Below, piece after piece: positions 17,948 through 27,753 of a stretch of DNA of 64,000 nucleotides (position 1 is its first letter; each line of letters starts with the position of its first letter). Both the position numbers and the translations under genes were made by a program. The notes beneath the pieces were generated by a model that worked only from the letters and a program-made list of their open reading frames with translations, made no database searches and was not told where the DNA came from. The DNA lies in assembly GCA_964639895.1 (NCBI GenBank), contig CAZXEJ010000003.1:5361-69360 (forward strand). Reading direction: 5' to 3'. Source of the stretch: an uncultured Spirochaetia bacterium. Its GTDB lineage: Bacteria; Desulfobacterota_D; UBA1144; Nemesobacterales; JADFKM01.

Positions 17948-19993
17948 TCAGGCGGCCGAGCGGGTCCGGTTCTGGAGGGTGTAGAGGTCGTAGTACATGC
18001 CCCGCTTCGAGAGCAGCTCCTCGTGGGTTCCCTCCTCGATCACCTTCCCCCCGTGGAGTACCACTATGTGGTCGGCGTGCGTCACCGTTGAGAGGCGGTG
18101 CGCAACCACGAGGACTGCTGCCTCGCGGGCCTTCTCCTTGAGCATGGTGACGGTCTCCATCTCTATCCTGCCGTCTACGTGCGAGGTGGCCTCGTCCATT
18201 ATGAGGACCTTGAAGCCCCGATCGAGGGCGCGCCTTATGGCCAAGAGCTGGCGCTGTCCCGAGGAGAGGCCACTCGGTACCCCGTCGTCGGAGGAGCCGT
18301 TTTCCTCCTCCACCGAACCCACGAGCGGCATGTCCTGGAAGACGGTCGATATCTGCGATCTCAGGTAGCGCGGATCGTACCGCTCTATGGGCACGCCGTC
18401 CACGGTGATCTCCCCGCGCTGGGGCTCGTAGAACCGCAGCAGCAGGTTGACTATGGTGCTCTTGCCCGATCCCGTGGGTCCCACGATGGCCAATGTGCTG
18501 CGCGGCTCCAGGGTGAACGAGACCCCCTTCAGAACCCACTCTCGTCCGTCGTAGCTGAACCAGACGTCACGGAACTCGATGCGTCCCTCGATGCGACGTG
18601 CGTGGCGGGACCGCTCGCCGTCGCCGATGCCGCCCGACCGCTCGGGCTCTACGGTGTAGAGGTCGTAGAGGTTTTCCGAGGCGGCGATGGCCGATTGGAA
18701 TATGTTGTACTTCTCGGCCATCTCCAGTATGGGGGCGAACAGCATCCTTATGTACACCAGGTATGCGAGCAACGCACCCAGTGTGAGCTCGAACCGGAGT
18801 ACACTAAGCCCCCCGTACCAGAGGATTAGCGCCACGGCCGCGATGCTCACAAACTCGATCAGCGGCCGGAACGTTGCAAAGGCGAGCACCTGCTGCATGT
18901 TGGCTTCGAAGTTCTCCCTGCTGCGCTGCTTGAACCTCTCGAAGTTCTCTGCCTCTCTCATGTGGAGCTTTATAAGGGTGATGCCGTCCACGCACTCCTG
19001 CACGAAGGCGTTGAGCCTGCCGATGGAGCGGCGCACGTTCCGGTAGGCCCGCCTCAACGTGGACTTGAACCTCACGGCCAGCAAGGCCAGGACGAGCGTG
19101 AGCCCGAGTATGAGCAGCGTGAGGTAGGCGTTCATGTAGAACATCAGCGCAAGGACGCCTACGATGATGAGCAGGTCCTTGAGGAACTGGACCACGACGG
19201 AGGTGTAGACCTCGTTTATGGCGTTGGCGTCGTTGGTGATCCGGGTGACCAGTCGTCCCAGGGGGGTCTTGTCGAAGAAAGGCTGCTCGAGCCGGAGCAG
19301 GTGCTCGACGGCGTCGGTCCTTATGGTGTGCATTATCTTCTGCCCGGAATACTGTAGCAGGTAGGTGAAGGCCGTGCTCGCTGCGAACGCCCCGACGAGG
19401 CAGAGAAGCAGCAGCCCCGCGACGACGGAGACGCGCCGCAGGTCGTCGTGCCGGAGTACGGCCACCTCCGTGCGCTCGAGGCCCCCGAGCGCGGAGAGCG
19501 GGGCGTAGTAGACGCCGCCGGCGCGTCTGAAGAGTGAGGCGTTCTCGGCTACGATCCGCTCTATCGAGGCGCGCCGCTCGGCGGGGGCCGCCTCGGGCCT
19601 TATCACGACGTAGGGCTCGCCCGAGAGGATGCCGCGTTTTTCGAGCTCCTTCTTCCTGCCCTTGTCCAGCCGCTCGATGTTTATGAGGTAGCGCCCTCCG
19701 CCCAAGGCAATGGCCGTCCCCGGGCCACCGGCCTCGGCCTCGCCGTTGAGCACGGCCGCCCCCGGTCCATCCTCCACGTGTGCCATGCGCCAAGGGGGCG
19801 AAATGTATGCGTCGACGGCGGTCTTCGTCAGGTACGGCACCACCAGTTCCAGTGCGGAGGCTGCGAACATGAGCAGCAGCGCCAGCGTGAACTGGCGCCT
19901 GTATGGGCGCGCATAGCCCATCAGCCACTTGAGTATCTTCCAATCGCGCGAGTGCGCACAAGTCGCCTCGCCGCCGCTTCCGGCCGCGCTCAC
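17948..19993 (-). CDS. ABC exporter, fused permease-ATPase half-transporter (681 aa) with long extracytoplasmic insertion
   Basis: Type I exporter TMD (6 TM) plus NBD with Walker A GPTGSGKST, signature LSSGQRQ, Walker B VLIMDEATS; approximately 110 aa inserted between TM1 and TM2 (..AHVEDGPGAAVLNGEAEAGG...RVSVVAG..). Confidence 0.9.
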   Translation of the reverse strand: MSAAGSGGEATCAHSRDWKILKWLMGYARPYRRQFTLALLLMFAASALELVVPYLTKTAVDAYISPPWRMAHVEDGPGAAVLNGEAEAGGPGTAIALGGGRYLINIERLDKGRKKELEKRGILSGEPYVVIRPEAAPAERRASIERIVAENASLFRRAGGVYYAPLSALGGLERTEVAVLRHDDLRRVSVVAGLLLLCLVGAFAASTAFTYLLQYSGQKIMHTIRTDAVEHLLRLEQPFFDKTPLGRLVTRITNDANAINEVYTSVVVQFLKDLLIIVGVLALMFYMNAYLTLLILGLTLVLALLAVRFKSTLRRAYRNVRRSIGRLNAFVQECVDGITLIKLHMREAENFERFKQRSRENFEANMQQVLAFATFRPLIEFVSIAAVALILWYGGLSVLRFELTLGALLAYLVYIRMLFAPILEMAEKYNIFQSAIAASENLYDLYTVEPERSGGIGDGERSRHARRIEGRIEFRDVWFSYDGREWVLKGVSFTLEPRSTLAIVGPTGSGKSTIVNLLLRFYEPQRGEITVDGVPIERYDPRYLRSQISTVFQDMPLVGSVEEENGSSDDGVPSGLSSGQRQLLAIRRALDRGFKVLIMDEATSHVDGRIEMETVTMLKEKAREAAVLVVAHRLSTVTHADHIVVLHGGKVIEEGTHEELLSKRGMYYDLYTLQNRTRSAA

Positions 19994-21831
19994 GTCTCAT
20001 CCCTCCCGCGTCCGCCGTCCGTGGACGCAGTCTGCACCCGGTAGAGGGTCGAGTATATACCGCCTCGCTTCATCAGTTCCTCGTGGTTTCCCAGCTCGAC
20101 CACGCGTCCTCCTTCCACGACGGCTATGGTGTCGAAATCGATTATCGAGGGGACCCGGCTGGAGACGGCGATCAGCGTTCCCTCGCTCATGAGCCGGCGC
20201 AGGTTCTCTATCACGGCCCGTTCCGTCTCGAGGTCGAGTGACGAAAGCACGTCGTCGAGCACCAATATCTTGGGATTCATGAGAACGGCCCTCGCCAGTG
20301 CGAGTCTCTGCCTCTGGCCGCCCGAGAGCGTAAGGCCGCGCTCTCCGACGTAGGTGTCGAACCCGTCGGGAAACCTCATGATGTCGTCGTATATGCAGGC
20401 CACGCGGGCGGCCTGCTCGATCTCTTCCCTCGTGACGGAGGGATTCATGAAGGCGATGTTTTCGGCCACGGTGCCGCTGAATACGGTCGTGTCCTGGGGG
20501 ACGAAGATCATGTCCCTGCGCAGGGCGGCGAGCTTGATGCGCCTGAGGTCGAGGCCGCCGTCGAGTGTGATGAGGCCGCGTTCGGGTTCGAGCAGCCGTA
20601 TGAGCAGTTTGAGCAGCGTGCTCTTGCCCGAGCCGGTCGTGCCCGTTATGGCCACCGACGAGCCGTCTCTGACGTGCAGCGTTATCTCCTTCACGCCGCC
20701 CCCGTTCTCGCCCCACGTGTAGCGCAGCCCCTCGAGGTGGAGGTCACCCTTTACCACCGTGTGGACGGCGTCGTCGCGGTCCTCCTTGGGCGGGTGGAGC
20801 GAGAGTATCTGGTTTACCCGCTTGAGCGACGCGTTGCCGCGCTTGATGACGTCCGTAGCCCACCCCAGTGCCACCATGGGCCAGGTGAGCATCCCCAGGT
20901 ACACGATTATGGCCGCGAACTCGCCTAGACTTATCTCGCCCACTATGGCGCCCCGACCGCCTACGAATAGGAAGACCGCCAGCGCCGAAGAGGAGAAGAA
21001 GGCTATGAGCGGCTGGTACACGCCCGTATAGCGGATGAGCCGGTTGTTTTCGTCCATATATCTGCTGCTTACGCGCGCGAACCTCTCGGCCTCCCTCTCT
21101 TCCGCGACGGAGGCCTTTATCACCTTGATCGATGACAGCGTGCGCGAGGCGCTTTCGGTAAGGTCCGAGAACGCCCCCTGCACCTTCTCGAACGTGCGCT
21201 CGATGGCGCTCCCGAAGCGCAGCATCACGAGGGCTAGCAGCGGGAACGGGGCGAACGCCATCAGCGCCAGCGTGGGCGATATGTATATCATAGCCCCCAG
21301 GATGAACAGGGTCAGTATTATCCCGTCGTACGCTATGACCAGCCCCACGCCGCACGCCATCCTTATGGCCTCGATGTCGTTGACGGTGTGGGCCATCAGG
21401 TCACCCGTCTTGTGGCGGGCGAAGAAGTCGTGTCCCAGGCTCTGCAGGTGCGCGAAGAAACGGTTGCGCAGCTTCTGCTCGACCCGCCTCGACGAGCCCA
21501 GCAGGAACCAGCGCCACACGAACCGGAACACCGACATCACCAGCCCCAGACCCACCAGGTAGAGGCCGTAGCGGGCCACCGTGGAAGGTTGCGTTCCCGG
21601 GGCGACCAAGGCGTCGACGGCCTTGTTTATGATGAGCGGTATGGCAAGCTGGGCGGCGTCGACCACGGTGAGCGCCGCGAGCCCCAGGAGGACGGGGGTC
21701 CTGTATTGCAAGATAAGGGAGGTTAAGGTGCTCTTCTCCTTCAACGCCTGCGCCTGTACGGGGGGTGTGGGTGGATGTTCGGAAGCCACTGCGTCCAATC
21801 CCCTTAATATACCATGCAGTCGCCCCGCCAC
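19990..21831 (-). CDS. ABC exporter, fused permease-ATPase half-transporter (613 aa), partner of the downstream gene
   Basis: TMD plus NBD: Walker A GTTGSGKST, signature LSGGQRQR, Walker B LVLDDVLSS; 4-nt overlap with the 681-aa ABC gene suggests heterodimer. Confidence 0.9.
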   Translation of the reverse strand: MAGRLHGILRGLDAVASEHPPTPPVQAQALKEKSTLTSLILQYRTPVLLGLAALTVVDAAQLAIPLIINKAVDALVAPGTQPSTVARYGLYLVGLGLVMSVFRFVWRWFLLGSSRRVEQKLRNRFFAHLQSLGHDFFARHKTGDLMAHTVNDIEAIRMACGVGLVIAYDGIILTLFILGAMIYISPTLALMAFAPFPLLALVMLRFGSAIERTFEKVQGAFSDLTESASRTLSSIKVIKASVAEEREAERFARVSSRYMDENNRLIRYTGVYQPLIAFFSSSALAVFLFVGGRGAIVGEISLGEFAAIIVYLGMLTWPMVALGWATDVIKRGNASLKRVNQILSLHPPKEDRDDAVHTVVKGDLHLEGLRYTWGENGGGVKEITLHVRDGSSVAITGTTGSGKSTLLKLLIRLLEPERGLITLDGGLDLRRIKLAALRRDMIFVPQDTTVFSGTVAENIAFMNPSVTREEIEQAARVACIYDDIMRFPDGFDTYVGERGLTLSGGQRQRLALARAVLMNPKILVLDDVLSSLDLETERAVIENLRRLMSEGTLIAVSSRVPSIIDFDTIAVVEGGRVVELGNHEELMKRGGIYSTLYRVQTASTDGGRGRDET

Positions 21832-21842
21832 GGCGACGGCCG

Positions 21843-22643
21843 TCAGCCGCGGCCGTCGGCGCCGTCGTCGAGGGTTCGGTCGAGCTCATCGAGCTCGCTC
21901 CTCAGTGCCCGGACGCGCTCGGCCGTCCTCGCCAGCGCCTCGGCGGCTGCGGCCGCTATGGCCTCCCTTTCACTCGGGCTCGACGCCCCCTCGAGCGCCT
22001 GTCGCACCCGGCGCATCACCTCCCCTGCGAATGTGCGCACGTGCAGGGGCGGGGTCCAGCGGCCGCTCCATTGGCTCCCGACCTCGGCGAGAGCGTCCAT
22101 CTGGCGGGCGAGCTCGCTGCAGCGCTCTCTCACGGTGCGGGGCACCTCCATGCAGGCGGGACAGTAGCCGCAGTCCGTGGCCGCACGCTCGAGCAGCGCG
22201 CGCAGCGTGGAGAAGCCCATGAGTTCTATCCCCAGCCTCCGTGCACACGCTGCGGCCTCATCGGTGAACCCGGCTGGCGATACGACCGTTCCGCCCGCCG
22301 CCTGCTCCGTGCGCACCAGCTCGCCGAGCTCCTCGACCTCTCCCACGCCCGCAGGCTCCGGCCCCGTGACGCATAGGATGAGGCGCCACTCGTCTACGCT
22401 CCAGACACCTTTCTTGTAGCGCTGCTCCTCGAGCACGAAGCACCGCCCGCCGCCCCCTTCGAATTCGGCGTCCGAGGGGTACACCTCGCGCCCCTCGGCA
22501 CCAAGGGCGAGGGTGAGGGCGCGGGCCAGCGAGTCCCTGGAGACGCCGGCCGCCTCGGCCTCGGTGCGCGGCAGGGTACGGGCGTCGAGGTAGTGTGACG
22601 AGCACAGCGAACATCTTGCAGCTGTGAGGGTCTCTCTTTCCAT
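21843..22643 (-). CDS. Hypothetical Zn-ribbon protein with restriction-endonuclease-like (Mrr-cat-like) core, probably catalytically degenerate
   Basis: Chosen start MERETLTAARCSLCSSHY (CxxC) ; core ..VDEWRLILCVTGPEPAGVGEVEELGELVRTEQAAGGTVVSPAGFTDEAAACARRLGIELMGFSTL resembles Mrr/PD-(D/E)xK fold but CVT replaces the usual (E/Q)xK; C-terminal CGYCPAC; 12 nt upstream of ABC gene. Confidence 0.5.
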   Translation of the reverse strand: MERETLTAARCSLCSSHYLDARTLPRTEAEAAGVSRDSLARALTLALGAEGREVYPSDAEFEGGGGRCFVLEEQRYKKGVWSVDEWRLILCVTGPEPAGVGEVEELGELVRTEQAAGGTVVSPAGFTDEAAACARRLGIELMGFSTLRALLERAATDCGYCPACMEVPRTVRERCSELARQMDALAEVGSQWSGRWTPPLHVRTFAGEVMRRVRQALEGASSPSEREAIAAAAAEALARTAERVRALRSELDELDRTLDDGADGRG

Positions 22644-23582
22644 CGCTCTAGGGTCACGTGGGGCCCCGTGCAGGCCGGCCGGAGCGGAGTGCGGCCGTCT
22701 GATGCGGTGCGCCTCGCATAGGGGCTCGTAATAAGTAATATATATGAGGCCGACGCCGCTTGGAATCCGCCCGCGCGGCCGGTACACATTGTGCACGTGT
22801 CCGCCGCTCTCCGATCCTACCGTGGAACCGGGGCTTGGTCGCGGGTAGTTGGCGCCTTCGTTCCTCAGGCGTCGCGGGAGCAACCGAAGTGGTGGTGGTC
22901 GTCTCGCCGCCTGGTGCGCTCATGGCCGCCGCTGCGCTTCGGGCGGCCCACACCGTGCGGGTGCCGCCTCTCCCAACGCCGGACGAGCCAAACGCACGGA
23001 CACCTCCCATGCCGCGTGCGATGCCCTCTTGCAGCGTGCCTTCGGCTCCAAGCCGACGTGGCTTGGGCAGCCGTCCCTTCAATCGGTCTCCTTTCGGCAT
23101 TGGCCGGTGTCCTGCGTACGGCACCGGCGTGGCTCACACGATAGCGCGGATGGGTCCGGCCCGGGATGGCCGGCGCCGCGTGGCGTTCCCCTAACGTCCT
23201 CACGGTCCGGCCTCGCCACGACCTCTCACTTCTTCCTATAGGGGGTCGATCGCCGCTTGGCACGTGGAGAGGCCGATGCGCTCTACCCCTCTCATCGCTC
23301 GTAGCGACGGCCGCTCCGGCCGATGGCGGCTCTCCGCCTGCTGTGCTTCCACGCGCCTCCCTGCTTTGGGCGGGCCGCAGCGGGTAGGTGCCGCTCCCGC
23401 CGCGCACGACCGGCTGCGGCGTCGGGCGCATCCCTGTATGGTTCGTGCGGTCGCCGCCGGTCCGTCGGATTCAGTGGCTCCACGGCTGAGAGGTGATGCG
23501 TCGTCGTGGTGCAGCGAGTGCCCACGGCGCTCTTCCTCCCGGCCCTCCGCAGGCGTGGCGGCTCGCCGCCGCGTGTGTTAAT

Positions 23583-24620
23583 ATGAAAGTTACGGGGGTC
23601 GTCAGCAAGTACGGCACCTGGGAGAAGGCGGGTTTGTTCGTAGAGAGGGACCGTTACAGATTGCCCGAACTCGAAGGAGGGGTGTGGGTCAACACGCCGC
23701 CCCTTACGGCAGAGCGCCTGCGGGGCCGTGTGGTGCTGGTGGATTTCTGGGACTACACCTGCATAAACTGCATAAGGACCCTTCCCTATCTGGTCGAGTG
23801 GTACAGGCGCTACGAGCCGCTTGGGCTCACGGTCGTAGGTGTTCACGCCCCGGAGTTCCCCTTCTCCGCCGAGACGGGCAACGTGCTCAGAGCCATCGAG
23901 AGGTTCGGCATCAACTACCCGGTCGTGCTCGACAACGACTACGCGTTGTGGAGGGCGTTCTCCAACCGCTACTGGCCCGCCAAGTACTTGGCCGACAAGG
24001 ACGGCTTCATACGCTACGTACACTTCGGCGAGGGCAACTATGCCGAGTGCGAGATGGCCATACAATTGTTGCTGCGCGAGATAAGTCCCGAAGCCCCGAT
24101 GCCGGACATAATGAGACCCATACGCGATACCGACATCCCGGGGATCCACTGCTATAGACCGACGCCCGAGCTCTATTTCGGCTCCGCGCGCTCCCCGCTC
24201 GAGGCTACCGACGACGGGCCCGTCCGCTTCGAGCTGCCCGAGCGGCTGGAAGAAGACAGGATATACCTTGAGGGCAGCTGGGAGGTGAAGCCCCACTACG
24301 CAAGGCCCCTTCCGCCCCGCGGAGTGAGCGCCTCGGTGCACGTCATATGTTCGGCAAGCGAGGTGAACGTAGTCGTAAACCCCCTCGAGGAGCGCGGGTT
24401 CAAGGTCCGCGTCGAGGTGGATTCGGCCCCCGTCGCCTCCGACGAGGCGGGCGCCGACGTCGAGGTCGCCGAGGACGGCTCCACCTTGCTCACGGTGTCC
24501 GAGCCCCGTATGTACAACGTCGTGCGGAGCGGCGAGTTCAAGAAGAGGAGGCTCACCCTCCGTACGGAGTCGCCTTCCTGCGCCCTGTACGCCTTTACGT
24601 TCGTAGGGTGCCCCGTCTGA
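23583..24620 (+). CDS. Thioredoxin-fold (redoxin/AhpC-TSA-like) protein with DipZ-C-terminal-like domain
   Basis: VVLVDFWDYTCINCIRTLPYLVEWYRRY (CxxC), ..YPVVLDNDYALWRAFSNRYWPAKYLADKDGFIRYVHFGEGNY.. followed by approximately 150-aa beta-rich C-terminal domain; start ATG 23583. Confidence 0.75.
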   Translation: MKVTGVVSKYGTWEKAGLFVERDRYRLPELEGGVWVNTPPLTAERLRGRVVLVDFWDYTCINCIRTLPYLVEWYRRYEPLGLTVVGVHAPEFPFSAETGNVLRAIERFGINYPVVLDNDYALWRAFSNRYWPAKYLADKDGFIRYVHFGEGNYAECEMAIQLLLREISPEAPMPDIMRPIRDTDIPGIHCYRPTPELYFGSARSPLEATDDGPVRFELPERLEEDRIYLEGSWEVKPHYARPLPPRGVSASVHVICSASEVNVVVNPLEERGFKVRVEVDSAPVASDEAGADVEVAEDGSTLLTVSEPRMYNVVRSGEFKKRRLTLRTESPSCALYAFTFVGCPV

Positions 24621-24778
24621 CGTCCCCACTGCCCCCATGCGCGCTGGGCCGTCCGCTCAAGTGCGGTGTAGTCGCGCATGAGCAGACGCCGTGACGTCTG
24701 ATTTCGTCTCCTCCTCGCCTTGGTGCCGAACCCCGGGGGGTGCGCTGTGCTCGCCTCCCCGCTCCCGCCCCCTCCGCT

Positions 24779-26131
24779 TCAGCTTATACCGTGGTGTTTA
24801 AGCTTGTAGAGCAGCGCCCTTCGGCTCACGCCGAGCAGCTTTGCGGCCCGGGTCCTGTTGTTGCCGCACTCCTTGAGCGCCTTCCTTATGAGGTGCGCCT
24901 CGAGGCGTGACCACTCGCGGCTCAACGAGAGCGATTCCACGGTGAACGTCTCTCCGTCGCTGCGGCCTCCCTCCTGGAGGTCGACCTGCTCTATTACGTC
25001 TCGCTCGGTCATGATCATCGCCCTTTCGATCACGTTCTCCAGCTCCCTTACGTTGCCGTACCATGGGTGCTCCATGAGCAGGCTTAGCACCGAGGGCGTG
25101 ACGCCGCGCACGTTGCGATTGAACTTCTCGTTGTACTTGCGTATGAAGTGGTCGACCAAGTGGGGGATGTCCTCCTTCCGTTCCCTGAGCGGCGGGATCA
25201 CTATGTGCATCACGTTCAGCCTGTAGAACAGGTCGTCGCGGAAACAACCCTCCTCGACCTCCCGGGCCAGATCGCGCGCCGTGGCGGCCACGATGCGCAC
25301 GTCCACCTTGATGGACTTCGTCTCGCCGAGCCTCCGTATCTCTTCTTCCTGCAGCATGCGCAGCAGCTTGGGCTGCAGCGTGAGCGGAAACTCCCCGATC
25401 TCGTCCAAAAAAAGCGTCCCGCCGTCGGCCTCTTCGATGACGCCCCGTTTCGTTCCCGTGGCGCCGCTGAACGCCCCCTTGGCATAGCCGAACAGCTCGC
25501 TTTCGAACAGGGTCTCCGGTATGGCGGCGCAGTTGACTGCCACGAACGGCTTGTCGGCCCTGTCGCTGGCCTTGTGGATGGCGCGTGCGACGAGCTCCTT
25601 GCCGGTGCCGCTCTCGCCAGTGATGAGCACGTTCGTCTTGTAGGCGGCCACACGCGAGGCGAACTCGACCACCTTCCTCATCGTGGGGCTTGCGTACACG
25701 ATCTCTTCGAACCCCGCCTTCTCGTCGAGCTGCTGTTTGAGGTAGCGGTTCTCGAGGCGCAGACGGTTCTTCTCCTCGAGCATCTTAAGGCGCAGTATGA
25801 GCTCGTCGGGCACGAGCGGCTTGTTGATGTAGTCCGACGCCCCGGCCTTTATGGCCTCGATCGAGGTATCCACGGAGCCGTAGGCCGAGATCATTATGAC
25901 GTCGCCGGCGTGTCCGCGCCGCCGCATCTGCCTTACGAACTCGATACCGTCCATCTCCGGCATCCTGATGTCGCACACCACGTAGTCCCACTGCTCGCCC
26001 GTGTCCATTCTGCCCAGCGCCTCTACGGCGCTGGCGCAGTTGTCCACCTCGTACCCCTCGAGCTCGAGAATCATCGATATGCTCTCCCGCACGCCTCGTT
26101 CGTCGTCTATCACAAGTACCCTATGCGGCAT
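24779..26131 (-). CDS. Sigma-54-dependent response regulator (NtrC family: REC + AAA+ + Fis-type HTH)
   Basis: MPHRVLVIDDERGV...DYVVCDIRMPEMDG receiver; Walker A GESGTGKE, GAFSGA, ESELFGY motif (sigma-54 contact), C-terminal HTH ..TRAAKLLGVSRRALLYKLKHHGI. Confidence 0.9.
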   Translation of the reverse strand: MPHRVLVIDDERGVRESISMILELEGYEVDNCASAVEALGRMDTGEQWDYVVCDIRMPEMDGIEFVRQMRRRGHAGDVIMISAYGSVDTSIEAIKAGASDYINKPLVPDELILRLKMLEEKNRLRLENRYLKQQLDEKAGFEEIVYASPTMRKVVEFASRVAAYKTNVLITGESGTGKELVARAIHKASDRADKPFVAVNCAAIPETLFESELFGYAKGAFSGATGTKRGVIEEADGGTLFLDEIGEFPLTLQPKLLRMLQEEEIRRLGETKSIKVDVRIVAATARDLAREVEEGCFRDDLFYRLNVMHIVIPPLRERKEDIPHLVDHFIRKYNEKFNRNVRGVTPSVLSLLMEHPWYGNVRELENVIERAMIMTERDVIEQVDLQEGGRSDGETFTVESLSLSREWSRLEAHLIRKALKECGNNRTRAAKLLGVSRRALLYKLKHHGIS

Positions 26132-27611
26132 CTCTCTTCGCTCCGGGAAACTCGATTGCGAACTCCGTGCCCGCGCCCGGCGTGCTGTCGACCGTGATCG
26201 TACCCGAGAAGCTCTCCACTATCCGCAGGGCCACCGACAGCCCCAGCCCCGTACCCTTGCCGGGCTCCTTCGTCGTGAAGAAGGGATCGAATATGCGGTT
26301 CCGCACCTCTGCCGGAATGCCGCAGCCCGTATCGCGCACGACGACGCGTACGTTGCCCTCGGCCGTGGCGCTTGTGGACAGCGTTATGGTGCCGCCTCGG
26401 CCGTCGATGGCGTCGCGGGCGTTGAGGACCAGATTTATAAGCACCTGGACGAACTGGTCGGGGTCGATCACGGCGGCGGGCCGTTTGCTGGAGAGATCGA
26501 GCACCAGGTCGATGTCGCCGAGGATCCCCTGCGTGCGCACGATCTCGGCCGCGCGTTGCACGACGTCGTTGAGATCGGTCTCGCGCGCCTCTACGCTCTT
26601 GGGACGCGAGAAGTCGAGCAGTGTGCGTATGATAGCGTCGATGCGGTCGACCTCGTCCTCCATGGTGTCGAGGATGCGTCGTGTCCGGTCGTCCCCGCCT
26701 CCGTATCGCCGGCGCAGCACCTCGACGTATCCCTTTATCGTGCTCAGCGGGTTGCCTATCTCGTGTGCCACGCCCGCTGCGAGCACGCCCGCCGAGGCGA
26801 GCTTCTCCGATGCGATCAGTTGGCGCTGCGTGGTGCGTAGCTCCTCGTTCGCCCTCTCGAGGGCGCGTATGTTCTCTTCGAGCTCGGCCTTCTTGGTCTC
26901 GATTTCGAGGTACATCTTGTTGAGGGCCAGGTATAGCATGTGTATCTCCTTGACCCAGCCCAGGTTCTCCTCCGAGGGCGGCTTGCCGCGGGCTATGTCG
27001 CTGGTGGCCTTGATCAGCTGGTGTACGGGCTGCACCACCCTCTTCGACAGCAGGTACGAGCCGAAGAGCGCTATAACCACGAGCACGGCTATTATCCAGA
27101 GCGCAATGTACTTGCGGCCCACCGAGACGGCCGTCACCACCGAGTCGAGCGGGTCGTAGAGGTAGAGTGCCCCGGCGACTGCTTTGCCCTCGAAGAGGGG
27201 GACAGCGACGTGTACCCCCTCGTAGTGGGAGAGTGGAAACAGCGAGAGGCCCTCGATGCGCACAACCGTCTTGGCCTCTCGAACGGCCTGCTGCATGAGC
27301 AGGTTGGCCTTGGTCATCTCCCCCGCCCCGCCGCCACCCTTGAGCTTTGTCTCGCGGCCACGGTATCGGACGTAGCCCCAGGCCCCATCCTCCATGGCGG
27401 TGCCCAGCAGTTCCGCCCCCCGCCGAGGGTCGCCGCTTGCCGCGATGACGGCGGCGAACGACTGCGCCATCGATCTGACGGTGTCTATCCTGCCTTTCAA
27501 TACGAACCCTTCCGTTATCTTGTAGGAGATGAATCCCAGCAGGAACATGGCGACGGCCGTAAGAAGGAGCAGGTTCATCAGCACTTCGAACCTGAGACCG
27601 ACACGTTTCAT
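26121..27611 (-). CDS. Sensor histidine kinase (two TM, periplasmic sensor, HisKA + HATPase_c)
   Basis: Start MKRVGLRFEVLMNLLLLTAVAMFLLGF; H-box AHEIGNPLSTI; N/G boxes LINLVLNARDA, DTGCGIP, GKGTGLGLS; overlaps the NtrC-like gene by 11 nt. Confidence 0.85.
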   Translation of the reverse strand: MKRVGLRFEVLMNLLLLTAVAMFLLGFISYKITEGFVLKGRIDTVRSMAQSFAAVIAASGDPRRGAELLGTAMEDGAWGYVRYRGRETKLKGGGGAGEMTKANLLMQQAVREAKTVVRIEGLSLFPLSHYEGVHVAVPLFEGKAVAGALYLYDPLDSVVTAVSVGRKYIALWIIAVLVVIALFGSYLLSKRVVQPVHQLIKATSDIARGKPPSEENLGWVKEIHMLYLALNKMYLEIETKKAELEENIRALERANEELRTTQRQLIASEKLASAGVLAAGVAHEIGNPLSTIKGYVEVLRRRYGGGDDRTRRILDTMEDEVDRIDAIIRTLLDFSRPKSVEARETDLNDVVQRAAEIVRTQGILGDIDLVLDLSSKRPAAVIDPDQFVQVLINLVLNARDAIDGRGGTITLSTSATAEGNVRVVVRDTGCGIPAEVRNRIFDPFFTTKEPGKGTGLGLSVALRIVESFSGTITVDSTPGAGTEFAIEFPGAKRDAA

Positions 27612-27753
27612 CTCTTCTCTTCGTCCCTCCCCCCGGTGGTTGCTGGTGCGACGGCGCGGCCGGAGCGCCTGTGGAGCCGCTGCATCCCCCCGGGGACAGC
27701 CCCGCCGGATAGGCCTGGGTACCGACCATCTTAAATTTACCGCAAAAGTGCCG

